Source: Dehalococcoidia bacterium
GTDB lineage: Bacteria; Chloroflexota; Dehalococcoidia; Lucifugimonadales; UBA1127
Direction of reading: 5' to 3'
Assembly (NCBI GenBank): GCA_965205235.1
Contig: CBDBGD010000001.1
Coordinates: forward strand, 27,504 to 91,503
Length of the DNA: 64,000 nt
Shown here piece after piece: positions 47,353-56,441 of this stretch. The notes below the pieces were generated by a model. The model was not told where the DNA came from and did no database searches. It was given only the letters and a program-made list of their open reading frames with translations. Each line of letters opens with the position of its first letter. Within the stretch, counting starts at the first letter, position 1. Made by a program: the position numbers and the translations under genes.

Positions 47353-49073
47353 CGTCGTTCGGGGAGCAGCAGGGGCTCTCGCAGGTGCGTCCGCTCGGTA
47401 TTGTCGTCGGCGGGTCGCTGTCGGGCGGCGTCGACGTCAAGCTGGACGCGGGCGCGTCCGTCGAGGAGCTGCAGGCGGGCGCATTCGTCACGATCCAGGG
47501 AGCGCAGCATCGCTTCTTCGGCATGATCAGCGACATCTCGCTCGGCGCGACGGACGCTCGGCTGCGCACCGCACCGCCCGACGTGTCGGACCCGTTCATC
47601 GCCCGAGTGCTGTCGGGCACGGCGGCGTTCGGCGAGTTCAAGGTGAAGCCGCGCCTGCTGCTGCCCGCCGTCGCGGGCGACGACGGGGAGATCGCGCCGG
47701 CGCGCACCGTGCCGCCGCACTTCGCCCGCGCGATTCGAGCGTCGGAGGCCGACGTCGCGACGGTGTTCGGCAGCGAGGACGGCAGCCACTTCTGGGTGGG
47801 CAGCCCGCTGGACATGGAGACGCGGGTGTGCTTGGACATGGAGACGTTCGTGCAGCGCAGCAACGGCGTGTTCGGCAAGAGCGGCACGGGGAAGAGCTTC
47901 CTCACACGGCTGCTGCTCGCGGGCATCCTGCAGAAGACCAACGCCGTGAGCCTGATATTCGACATGCACAACGACCACGGGTGGGAGGGCCGCGACCCGG
48001 AGCGGGGCCGCACGCCCAAGGGGCTCAAGCAGCTCTTCCCGTCCCGCGTCTCGATCTTCACGCTCGACCCGGCTAGCTCCCGGTCCCGCCGGGTGCCGTT
48101 GGACGGCGAGGTGCGCATCCCGTACAGCGACGTCGAGCCCGAGGACATCGAGTTGCTGGCCTCCACGCTGCGCATCACGCCGCTGGGCGTCCAGGCCGCG
48201 TACCGGCTGCCGCGCTTCCTTGGCGCGAACTGGCTGCAGAGGTTCCTGGCGCTGGAGGAGGACGACGCTTGGGGAGACTCGAACGGGGCCACGGAGAAGG
48301 CGGCGGGAGGTGAGAACGGCGGCGCGCCGTCACCGCAGCAGCGCCTGACGGAGCTTGCCGAGCGCATGAACGAGGCGCCAAGCACCATCATGGCCCTCCA
48401 CCGCCGCCTGGAGCGACTGTCGAGGACACCGTACCTCGTGCCGCAGGCGCCGGAGGACCCGCTCAAACGCATGCTCGAATGCCTGGAGCGGGGTGTCCAC
48501 GTGGTGCTGGAGTTCGGCGCGCACCGGTCGCTGGCCGACTACGTCCTGGTCGCCAACCTGCTGACGCGGCGCATCCACCAGCGCTACGTGCGCGACGTGG
48601 AGCGGGCCATGGGCGGAGGCGGCGCCGAACCCCGGCCGCTGGTCATCTGCATCGAAGAGGCCCACGCCTTCCTGGACCCGGCGCTGGCGTCGCAGACCAT
48701 CTTCGGGGCCATCGCGCGGGAGATGCGCAAGTACAACGTCACGCTGCTGGTCATCGACCAGCGGCCCAGCGGGATCGACTCGAACGTCATGAGCCAGATC
48801 GGGACGCGTGTTGTGTACCCGCTCGACGACGACCGCGACATCTCCGCGGTGCTGTCAGGCGCGGCGGAAAGCTCGGAGCTACGCGGCGTGCTCGCGGGGC
48901 TGGAGTCGCGGCAGCAGGCGCTGCTGTTCGGCCATGCGCTGCCGATACCCGTGGTCGTGCGCGTGCGGGAGTACGGCAGCGCCGACTCGTACCGGGAGCT
49001 GACCGGCGTCGGGGCGGGGCAGGGTGCGGCGGACGGGGACGACGAGGAGGACGACCTGTTCGGGCCGGTGTAG
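47349..49073 (+). CDS. herA: HerA/DUF87-family (FtsK-HerA superfamily) ATPase
   Basis: Walker A 'GVFGKSGTGKSFL'. Walker B 'PLVICIEEAHAFL'. 'NVTLLVIDQRPSGID'. N-terminal barrel 'LGIVVGGSLSGGVDVKLD...GAFVTIQGAQHRFFGMISDI'. The 5' 822 nt of the track ORF are rejected. Confidence 0.8.
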   Translation: MTSFGEQQGLSQVRPLGIVVGGSLSGGVDVKLDAGASVEELQAGAFVTIQGAQHRFFGMISDISLGATDARLRTAPPDVSDPFIARVLSGTAAFGEFKVKPRLLLPAVAGDDGEIAPARTVPPHFARAIRASEADVATVFGSEDGSHFWVGSPLDMETRVCLDMETFVQRSNGVFGKSGTGKSFLTRLLLAGILQKTNAVSLIFDMHNDHGWEGRDPERGRTPKGLKQLFPSRVSIFTLDPASSRSRRVPLDGEVRIPYSDVEPEDIELLASTLRITPLGVQAAYRLPRFLGANWLQRFLALEEDDAWGDSNGATEKAAGGENGGAPSPQQRLTELAERMNEAPSTIMALHRRLERLSRTPYLVPQAPEDPLKRMLECLERGVHVVLEFGAHRSLADYVLVANLLTRRIHQRYVRDVERAMGGGGAEPRPLVICIEEAHAFLDPALASQTIFGAIAREMRKYNVTLLVIDQRPSGIDSNVMSQIGTRVVYPLDDDRDISAVLSGAAESSELRGVLAGLESRQQALLFGHALPIPVVVRVREYGSADSYRELTGVGAGQGAADGDDEEDDLFGPV

Positions 49074-49080
49074 GGGGGGC

Positions 49081-49458
49081 CTACCGGCCTTCGATGCGGT
49101 CCAGGTCTTCGTCGCTCCAGCCCACGTGGTGCGCGATCTCGTGGATGATCGTGGCGCGCACCTCCTCGGCCAGCTCCTCGACGCTGTCGCAGACCGCCTC
49201 CAGCGGATGGTGGAATAGGGAGATGCGGTCGGGCAGGACCATGTTGTAGTAGTCGCGGTCGGTCAGGGGGATGCCCTCGTACAGGCCCAGGAGGCCGTAT
49301 CGATTGGGCGTGCCGGTGCTTTCGAGCTGCTCCCGCGACGGCCACGGCTCGACGAACACCTCCACGTTCTCCATCATGTGCTGAACGGCCGCGGGGAGGT
49401 CTTGCATGGCCTCCGCCACCAGCTTGTGGAACTCGCGGCTCGACAGCCGTAGGGGCAT
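49081..49458 (-). CDS. Zincin-like metallopeptidase family protein (minimal HExxH protein)
   Basis: 'ATIIHEIAHHVGWSDEDLDRIE' at the C-terminus. 125 aa from ATG 49458 (GGAGG RBS). Confidence 0.7.
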   Translation of the reverse strand: MPLRLSSREFHKLVAEAMQDLPAAVQHMMENVEVFVEPWPSREQLESTGTPNRYGLLGLYEGIPLTDRDYYNMVLPDRISLFHHPLEAVCDSVEELAEEVRATIIHEIAHHVGWSDEDLDRIEGR

Positions 49459-49579
49459 CGGAACCTCCCCGCCTCGCAGCGGCACAAGTATAGCACCGCG
49501 CGCCGCGCACCCGTGCCTTGACGGGCGCAAGCGGCGAGCCTATGCTGAGCCCACCAACGGCTACGCTCGGAGGACGGCT

Positions 49580-50407
49580 ATGGCACGTCTGGTCTTCGGC
49601 ACCGGCGCCCACACGTACGACATCCACCCCAGCTTCGGCGAGCTGCCCGCCGGGTGGGAGTGGGGCAACGTGAGCAACGTGGCCTGCGACTCCAAGGACC
49701 GCGTCTATGCCTTCCAGCGCAAGGACCCGCCCATCGTCATCTTCGACAGCGAAGGGCGCTACCTCGACAGCTGGGGCAACGGTGAGATGCTGGACGCGCA
49801 CGGCATCTTCATCGGCGAGGAGGACAACGTCTACCTGCTGGACCGCGACGCTCACGAGATGCTCAAGTACACGAGCGACGGCAAGCTGCTCCTTCGCATC
49901 GGCACCAGGGGGCGGGCGCACCTGCAGGGCCCGTTCAACCACCCCGCGGACGTGGCGGTTGCGCCCAACGGCGACATCTTCATCGCCGACGGCTACGGCA
50001 ACTCGTCCGTTCACCGCTACACGGCCGACGGGACGCACCTCTTCTCGTGGGGCATCCCCGGCGAGAACGACGGCGAGTTCTCGACACCGCACGGGATGTG
50101 GGTCGACGCCCGTAGCCGTGTCTACGTCTGCGACCGCGAGAACAACTGCATCCAGATCTTCGACGCCGAAGGTGGGTACATCACCTCCTGGCCAGGCCTG
50201 TACCACCCCATGGACATGTGGGAAGACAGCGAGGGCGCCTTCTACGTGAGCGACCAGACCTCGCGGGTCACCGTCTTCGATCCGGAGGGGAACATCATCG
50301 CCCGCAGCCGTGCGCCGGACGCCGGCCACGGCATCTACGGCGACTCGAAGGGCAACCTCTACCTTGCGGCGGCGTGGCGCGGGATCGCCAAGATGGCGCG
50401 GCGGTAG
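49580..50407 (+). CDS. NHL-repeat six-bladed beta-propeller protein (peptidyl-alpha-hydroxyglycine lyase-like)
   Basis: Repeats of the type 'FNHPADVAVAPNGDIFIADGYGNSSVHRY', 'FSTPHGMWVDARSRVYVCDRENNCIQIF', 'YHPMDMWEDSEGAFYVSDQ'. Confidence 0.75.
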   Translation: MARLVFGTGAHTYDIHPSFGELPAGWEWGNVSNVACDSKDRVYAFQRKDPPIVIFDSEGRYLDSWGNGEMLDAHGIFIGEEDNVYLLDRDAHEMLKYTSDGKLLLRIGTRGRAHLQGPFNHPADVAVAPNGDIFIADGYGNSSVHRYTADGTHLFSWGIPGENDGEFSTPHGMWVDARSRVYVCDRENNCIQIFDAEGGYITSWPGLYHPMDMWEDSEGAFYVSDQTSRVTVFDPEGNIIARSRAPDAGHGIYGDSKGNLYLAAAWRGIAKMARR

Positions 50408-50424
50408 GGGGCGCGGGCTAGTCC

Positions 50425-51279
50425 CTAACCGCCCGTCACCCGTTCGCGGATCTCCTTGAGGCGCTGCACGTTGGGGACGTCCGGGCCTTTGCGCTCGTCT
50501 CCGGGCACTTCCAGGAGGAAGGGCACGTCCCGGAAGGCGGGGTGCGCCATGATCAGCTCGAAGCCCTCCAAGCCGATGTTGCCCTGGCCGATGTTCTCGT
50601 GGCGGTCCACGCCGCCGCCGAAGGGGATTTTCGAGTCGTTGGCGTGGACGGCGACCAGGTGCTCGAAGCCGATCTCCCGGTCGAACTCGTCCATGGTGCG
50701 CTCCAGCCCCTCGCGGGAGGCAACGTCGTAGCCGGCGGCGTACGAATGTTGGGTGTCGAGGCAGACCTTGACGCGCGGGCTGGCCAGCGCCGCCATGATT
50801 CGACCGATATCGCCGAAGCTCGCCCCGATCTGGTTGCCCATGCCGGCGCAGTTCTCGATGATGAGCTGCGTGTCCTCCGGGCTCTCCGCCAGGACCTGGG
50901 CAAGGCGCGCCACCGTCTCGTCGAAGACGGCCTCCAGCCCGGCGCCCTTGTGGCTGCCGGAGTGGAAGATGACGCCCTGTGCACCGATCATCGAGGCGAC
51001 GTTGAGGTAGTTGACAAGGGCGGCGCGGGAGCGGTCCAGGTTCTCCGGCTGCGGGCTTCCCAGGTTCACCAGGTAGATGCCGTGGAGAAAGTTCGGGCCC
51101 ACGTCCGCCTTCTCCGCCTTCTCTCGGAAGGCGAGGACGTTGTCCTCCGGCGGCGGCTTGAAGCGCCAGCTCTGCGGGCCGGAGGCGAAGATCTGGACGC
51201 ACTCGGCGCCGATCTCCACGGCGCGGTCGATGGCCTTTTCGATGCCCCCGGATGCGGAGACGTGGGCCCCGATTCGCAT
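50425..51279 (-). CDS. nfo: Endonuclease IV (AP endonuclease, TIM-barrel)
   Basis: 'MRIGAHVSASGGIEKAIDRAVEIGAECVQIF', 'VIFHSGSH', 'IENCAGMGNQIG', 'VCLDTQHSYAAGYD', 'HANDSK...G.GVDRHENIGQGNIG'. Confidence 0.9.
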   Translation of the reverse strand: MRIGAHVSASGGIEKAIDRAVEIGAECVQIFASGPQSWRFKPPPEDNVLAFREKAEKADVGPNFLHGIYLVNLGSPQPENLDRSRAALVNYLNVASMIGAQGVIFHSGSHKGAGLEAVFDETVARLAQVLAESPEDTQLIIENCAGMGNQIGASFGDIGRIMAALASPRVKVCLDTQHSYAAGYDVASREGLERTMDEFDREIGFEHLVAVHANDSKIPFGGGVDRHENIGQGNIGLEGFELIMAHPAFRDVPFLLEVPGDERKGPDVPNVQRLKEIRERVTGG

Positions 51280-51301
51280 GACGCTCCCTTCCCGGCCGGC
51301 G

Positions 51302-51772
51302 CTAGCTCCCGCCAACCCCAAGCCGAACGACGATGTCCCACTCGGTCTCGGTTACGGGCTGGATGGACAGGCGGGATCCGCGGCGCAGCAGCATCATGTC
51401 CTCCAGGCCCGGCGTGTCCCTCAGCGTCTCTCGGGTCACGGGGTCGGGAAACTGCTGGTCGGGCTTGATGTCGACCATGTACCAGATGGGGCTGTCCGGC
51501 GTGCTCTTGGGGTCGGGGTGGTCGGAGGCGGGGTCCCAGGCCGTGTGGTCGGGGTAGCCCGCCCGGACGACCACCGCCGTCCCCATGACTGCCAGTGGCG
51601 TGGTGCTGCTGTGGTAGAAGAGGACGCCATCGCCCTCCTGTATCTGGTCGCGGAGGAAGTTCCGGGCCTGGAAGTTACGAACGCCGTCCCACTCGGCCAC
51701 CTGATCGCGGAGCAGGTCGGCGTAGGAGTAGGCGCCGGGCTCCGACTTGAACAGCCAGTATCGACGCGACAT
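51302..51772 (-). CDS. EVE-domain (PUA-like) protein
   Basis: 'RYWLFKSEPGAYSYADL......WDGVRNFQARNFLRDQIQEGDGVLFYHS' is the EVE/THYN1 signature. AAGGAGG RBS. Lies 22 nt upstream of nfo on the same strand. Confidence 0.8.
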   Translation of the reverse strand: MSRRYWLFKSEPGAYSYADLLRDQVAEWDGVRNFQARNFLRDQIQEGDGVLFYHSSTTPLAVMGTAVVVRAGYPDHTAWDPASDHPDPKSTPDSPIWYMVDIKPDQQFPDPVTRETLRDTPGLEDMMLLRRGSRLSIQPVTETEWDIVVRLGVGGS

Positions 51773-51871
51773 GGCTCCTCCTTCGGTCTGACTAGCCGGG
51801 GTAAGGCGCTCCAATTATAGTGGACGCGCGCCCAGGAGGACATTGCCGGTGAAACAGCCTGGAGAAGTACC

Positions 51872-52930
51872 GTGAAAGCCCTGGTGCTGGAGCAGCCCGG
51901 CGACCCGCCGCGACTGGCCGTCCGAGAGGTCCCGGTCCCGGAGTTGAGCCCCCACGGCGTCCTGGTCCGTGTGTCGGTCTGCGGCTTCTGCCACCACGAC
52001 TACCTGGTCATGCGCGGCGTCCTCCGCCGAGGCGTGAAGCGTCAGGTGGTCCTGGGCCACGAGATCGCGGGCCAGGTGGAGGCGTGCGGCCCGTCGGTCA
52101 CCGGGCTGTCGCCGGGAGACCGGGTTGCATCCATTCTCACGAACGCCTGCGGCGAGTGTTCGATGTGCGCTCGCGGCCGCGAGCACCGATGCCTGCAGGG
52201 CCATGGCATCGGCCATTCGATCGACGGCGGTTTCGCCGAGTACGTGGCCGTGAGCGAGCACAGCCTGGTCAGGCTGCCTCCGAACGCTGACCCTGCCACC
52301 GCCTGCCTCTACGGCTGCCCGATAGGCGTGGCGCTGCACGCGCTGCGAGACGTCGGCGGACTGCAGTCGGGCGAGACCGTCGTGGTCACGGGCGCGGGAG
52401 GCGGCCTCGGGGCCCACGCCGTGCAGGTCGCCCGGGCCTGTGGCGCCAACGTCATCGCCGTGACGACATCCGCCGACAAGGAGGAGCGGCTGTCGGCGCT
52501 GGGCGCCGACCCGGTGCTGCACGCGCCGGACCTCGACTTCGGCGAGGTGGTGCAGGCGCTGACCGACGACCGGGGCGCAGACGTCGTCATGGACACCCTC
52601 GGCGCAGTCGCCTTTCGGGCCTCCTGGGACGCCCTTGGGCAGTACGGGCGAATGCTGATGGTGGGCGACGTCACCGGCGAGAAGGTGGCGTTCAGACCGG
52701 CCGAGCTGCTGTTCAAGGACCTGCGCATCGCCGGCGTGTCGGGCGTCTCCCGGCGCCAGGTGGAGGACGCGGCCCGCATGGCGGCCCAGGGCCTCGTGCG
52801 ACCGGTGGTATCGCACGTCCTGCCACTGGAAGAGGCCATGGACGCCTACCGACTGGTCGCTGAACGCCGGAGTTTCGGGCGCATCGTGCTCACGCCCGGC
52901 GCACAACCGCGGGCGGGTGGCGCGGGCTGA
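51872..52930 (+). CDS. Zinc-binding medium-chain dehydrogenase/reductase (alcohol dehydrogenase-like)
   Basis: 'CGFCHHDYL....GHEIAGQVEACG', structural-zinc 'CGECSMCARGREHRC', Rossmann 'VVVTGAGGGLG'. GTG start. Confidence 0.8.
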   Translation: MKALVLEQPGDPPRLAVREVPVPELSPHGVLVRVSVCGFCHHDYLVMRGVLRRGVKRQVVLGHEIAGQVEACGPSVTGLSPGDRVASILTNACGECSMCARGREHRCLQGHGIGHSIDGGFAEYVAVSEHSLVRLPPNADPATACLYGCPIGVALHALRDVGGLQSGETVVVTGAGGGLGAHAVQVARACGANVIAVTTSADKEERLSALGADPVLHAPDLDFGEVVQALTDDRGADVVMDTLGAVAFRASWDALGQYGRMLMVGDVTGEKVAFRPAELLFKDLRIAGVSGVSRRQVEDAARMAAQGLVRPVVSHVLPLEEAMDAYRLVAERRSFGRIVLTPGAQPRAGGAG

Positions 52931-52955
52931 GGGTGGTTTGGACGGTGCGGCATGG

Positions 52956-52961
52956 GTATAA
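52956..52961 (+). promoter_or_regulatory. Candidate -10 box TATAAT upstream of the 2-oxoacid dehydrogenase operon
   Basis: TATAAT lies 63 nt upstream of GTG 53025. GAGGAGGGA RBS lies directly before the start. Confidence 0.4.
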
Positions 52962-53024
52962 TGGGGCTGCGACACGGGTTGTGGAGGGGAGTGGAACGCG
53001 CGACTGGGAGAGAGGAGGGACCTC

Positions 53025-54038
53025 GTGAGCACGAAAGTGAAGAGTCGGCTTAAGACCCCGGGGCTCACCGACGAAGATCTCCTCACGATGTACGAGCAGA
53101 TGGTGGTGAGCCGCTTCCTGAGCGAGCGGTGGATCATGCTGAACCGCCAGGGGAAGGCAGCCATCGGCATCGCCAGCGAGGGGCATGAGGCGGCGTCCAT
53201 CGGCTCCGTGTGGGCCATGGACCCCAAGCAGGACATCTTCTACCTCTACTATCGAGACCTACCGGGCCAACTCGCCCTCGGCGTCACGCCGCACGAGGCC
53301 CTGTTGGGCTTCATGGCCAAGCAGGGCGAGCCGTTCAGTGGCGGCCGCCAGTTCCCCTTCCACGGCGCCTACCCCAGCAAGCGCATCTACAACACCTCCA
53401 ACGTGGTTGGGGCCAACCTGACGCACGCCGTCGGCGCCGCCCTGGCCGCCAGCATTCGCAAGGAGCCCACGGTGGTCCTCTGCTCCTTCGGCGACGGCGG
53501 CACCAGCGAGGGAGAGTGGCACGAGTCGCTGAACTTCGCCGGCATCCACCGCCTGCCCATCATCTTCCTGTGCGAAAACAACAAGTTCGCCATCTCCGTG
53601 CCTCAAAAGAAACAGATGGCGGTGGAGAGCGTCGCCATCCGGGCCGAGGGGTACGGCTTCCCCGGCGTCTCCGTCGACGGCTCCGACGTGCTGGCGATGT
53701 ACAAAGCGACGCGGGAGGCGCACGAGCGGGCGAGGAGCGGCGGAGGCCCGACGCTCCTCGAGGCGCGCGTGGAGCGCTTGAAGCCCCACACCACGGACGA
53801 CGACGACCGCCGCTACCGCACGCCGGAGGAGATCGAGGCGGCGTTCAAGAAGGACCCGCTGCCGCTCTTCCGCGACGAGCTCATGGAGCGCGGCCTCCTG
53901 ACCGAGGAGATGGCCCAGCAGTACGACGACGCCGCCAAGCGCGTGGTGAACGAGGCCACCGACGCGGCGGAGGCAACGCCCTTCCCGGACCCCTCCACCC
54001 TGCTCGACCACCTCTTCGCAACATCGGAGGGCAGCTGA
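53025..54038 (+). CDS. 2-oxoacid (pyruvate/branched-chain) dehydrogenase E1 component, alpha subunit
   Basis: TPP motif 'CSFGDGGTSEGEWHESLNFAGIHRLPIIFLCENNKFAIS'. 337 aa. Confidence 0.9.
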   Translation: MSTKVKSRLKTPGLTDEDLLTMYEQMVVSRFLSERWIMLNRQGKAAIGIASEGHEAASIGSVWAMDPKQDIFYLYYRDLPGQLALGVTPHEALLGFMAKQGEPFSGGRQFPFHGAYPSKRIYNTSNVVGANLTHAVGAALAASIRKEPTVVLCSFGDGGTSEGEWHESLNFAGIHRLPIIFLCENNKFAISVPQKKQMAVESVAIRAEGYGFPGVSVDGSDVLAMYKATREAHERARSGGGPTLLEARVERLKPHTTDDDDRRYRTPEEIEAAFKKDPLPLFRDELMERGLLTEEMAQQYDDAAKRVVNEATDAAEATPFPDPSTLLDHLFATSEGS

Positions 54039-54039
54039 C

Positions 54040-55023
54040 ATGGCTGAGAAGCTGGTCATCCAGGCCGTCCGCGAGGCGATGCTGGAGGAGATGCGGCGGG
54101 ACAGCAGCATCTTCGTCATGGGCGAGGACGTGGGCGCCAGGGGCGGCGTCTTCCTGGCCACCGAAGGCTTCATGGACGAGTTCGGCGAGGAGCGCGTCAT
54201 CGACGCCCCCCTGGCGGAGGCGTCAATCGTCGGCATCGCCGTGGGAGCGGCGCTGAACGGCATGCGGCCCATTGCGGAGATCCAGTTCAGCGACTTCATC
54301 TGGCCCATCGTCAACCAGCTCACGGGGGAGGCCGCCCGCATCTACTACGGCACCAACGGCCAGGTATCCTGCCCCATGGTGGTGAGGGCACCCTACGGCG
54401 GCGGCGTCCGCGGCGGCCTGTACCACTCGCAGAGCCCGGAGGGCTTCTTCTACCACACCCCAGGGCTCAAGGTGATCTGCCCGGCCACGCCCTACGACGC
54501 CAAGGGCCTCCTGAAGGCCGCCATCCGCGACGACAACCCCTGCCTCTTCCTGGAGCACAAGCGCACCTACCGGCAGGCCCGGGGCGAGGTGCCCGACGAG
54601 GACTACACCCTGCCCATCGGCGTTGCCGACGTCAAACGCGAGGGCGACCTGGTCACGGTGATCAGCTACGGGCTGATGCTCCACTTCTGCCTCATGGCGG
54701 CGGAGCAGCTGGCGCAGGAAGGCCTCTCCGTCGAGGTTCTCGACCTACGAACGGTGAAGCCCCTGGACCGCCAGGCCATCGTCTCCTCCGTGCAGAAGAC
54801 GGGCAAGGCCCTCATCGTCCACGAGGACAACCTGACCGGGGGTGTGGGCGCCGAGGTCGCGGCCATCATCGCCGAGGACGCCTTCGACTCGCTGGACGCG
54901 CCGGTCATGCGTCTCTGCGGCCCGGACGTGCCGGCAATGGGCTTTGCGCCCACCCTGGAGGACGAGTTCCTGCCCAACCCAGAGAAGATAGCCAACGCTC
55001 TTCGCAGACTGGCCGCATACTAG
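54040..55023 (+). CDS. 2-oxoacid dehydrogenase E1 component, beta subunit
   Basis: 'VFVMGEDVG..GGVF..T.GF...FGEERVIDAPLAEASIVG'. Lies 1 nt after the alpha-subunit stop. Confidence 0.9.
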   Translation: MAEKLVIQAVREAMLEEMRRDSSIFVMGEDVGARGGVFLATEGFMDEFGEERVIDAPLAEASIVGIAVGAALNGMRPIAEIQFSDFIWPIVNQLTGEAARIYYGTNGQVSCPMVVRAPYGGGVRGGLYHSQSPEGFFYHTPGLKVICPATPYDAKGLLKAAIRDDNPCLFLEHKRTYRQARGEVPDEDYTLPIGVADVKREGDLVTVISYGLMLHFCLMAAEQLAQEGLSVEVLDLRTVKPLDRQAIVSSVQKTGKALIVHEDNLTGGVGAEVAAIIAEDAFDSLDAPVMRLCGPDVPAMGFAPTLEDEFLPNPEKIANALRRLAAY

Positions 55024-55043
55024 GACGAGGGAGAGAGTTCGTC

Positions 55044-56441
55044 ATGACCACGACCACCATCGACCTCCCACAGGTGGGAGAGTCCGTCACCGAGGGGACC
55101 ATCCAGAAGTGGCTGAAGAAGCCGGGAGACAAGATCTCCAAGTACGATCCCCTGGTGGAGGTGGAGACGGACAAGGTCACCATGGAGGTGCCATCCCCCG
55201 TCAACGGCGTCATGGGGACCATCATCGCCCAGGAGGGCTCCACGATCCCCATGGGCGCGCCGATCTGCGAAATGGAGACCGACGAGGCAGTGCCGTCTGC
55301 GGCCCCCGCATCGCCTGAGCCGGCCCCAGCGCCCGCGTCGGCTGCACCCGCGGCGCAGAGCACCCCGAGCACCGTGGGGGGCCTCATCGAGTTCAAGGGC
55401 GTCATGGGTCCCTCCGGCGTCCTGGACGTGGGCAGCGACGGGGGCGCTCCGGCCCAGGCCGTGGCTGCGCCTGCTCCCGCACCGGCTCCGGCTCCCGCGC
55501 CCGCTCCCGCAGCGCCGCCGTCGGACGGCCGCCCGGCCGGAGAGCGGCCCAGGCTGTCGCCGGTGGTGCAGAAGCTGGCATCGGAGCACAACGTCTCGCT
55601 CGACGAGGCGGCGCGCATCGCCGGGACGGGTGTCGGCGGTCGGGTCACGAAGCAGGACATCCTGAAGTACATCGAAACTCGAAGCGCAGCGCCGGCGGCG
55701 CCCGCTGCTGCTGCGCCCGCGGCCGCCCCCGAGTTCGAGCCCGGCGCCGACGAGAAGGTCGTGCCGCTGACCGCGGTGCGCAAGCGCATCGCCGAGAACA
55801 TGACGCGGGCGCTGGAGATCCCCGTGGCATGGGGCCTCACCGAAGTTGACGTAACCGGCCTGGTCAGGGCCCGGGCGCGTCTGAAGGACGAGTTCCTCCG
55901 CAACGAGGGCGTGGGCCTCACCTACCTGCCCTTCGTGCTGCAGGCCGTTGCGCAGGCAATCAAGGAGAACCCGCTGGTCAACTCGCGCTGGGGCGGCGAC
56001 CACGTCAGGCTGCTACGCCGGGTGAACATCGGCGTCGCCGTGGCGGCGTCGCAGGGCTTGGTCGTGCCCGTCCTCCACGACGCCGACCAGTACTCCGTCG
56101 CCGGCCTCGCCAAGGCTATCGCCCAGCTTGTGCAGCGCGCACGAGACAACACGCTGCGTCTCGAAGACGTGCAGGGCGGGACGTTCACGCTCAACAACAC
56201 CGGCGTGCTGGGGACCGTCTCCTCGCAGCCGATCATCAACCACCCCCAGGTGGCCATTCTCACGACGGAGGCCATTGTGAAGCGCCCCGTCGTGGTCGGC
56301 GACGCCATTGCCATCCGCAGCATGATGAACATCTGCCTCAGCTTCGACCACCGGGTCATGGACGGCAACGACTCGGTCTCGTTCATGCAGAGCGTCAAGA
56401 GCCGCCTGGAGGCCATCGGCGACAACGTCGTTGTCTACTAG
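55044..56441 (+). CDS. Dihydrolipoamide acyltransferase E2 component
   Basis: Lipoyl domain 'VEVETDKVTMEVPSP', an Ala/Pro linker, and the catalytic 'LSFDHRVMDG'. Confidence 0.9.
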   Translation: MTTTTIDLPQVGESVTEGTIQKWLKKPGDKISKYDPLVEVETDKVTMEVPSPVNGVMGTIIAQEGSTIPMGAPICEMETDEAVPSAAPASPEPAPAPASAAPAAQSTPSTVGGLIEFKGVMGPSGVLDVGSDGGAPAQAVAAPAPAPAPAPAPAPAAPPSDGRPAGERPRLSPVVQKLASEHNVSLDEAARIAGTGVGGRVTKQDILKYIETRSAAPAAPAAAAPAAAPEFEPGADEKVVPLTAVRKRIAENMTRALEIPVAWGLTEVDVTGLVRARARLKDEFLRNEGVGLTYLPFVLQAVAQAIKENPLVNSRWGGDHVRLLRRVNIGVAVAASQGLVVPVLHDADQYSVAGLAKAIAQLVQRARDNTLRLEDVQGGTFTLNNTGVLGTVSSQPIINHPQVAILTTEAIVKRPVVVGDAIAIRSMMNICLSFDHRVMDGNDSVSFMQSVKSRLEAIGDNVVVY

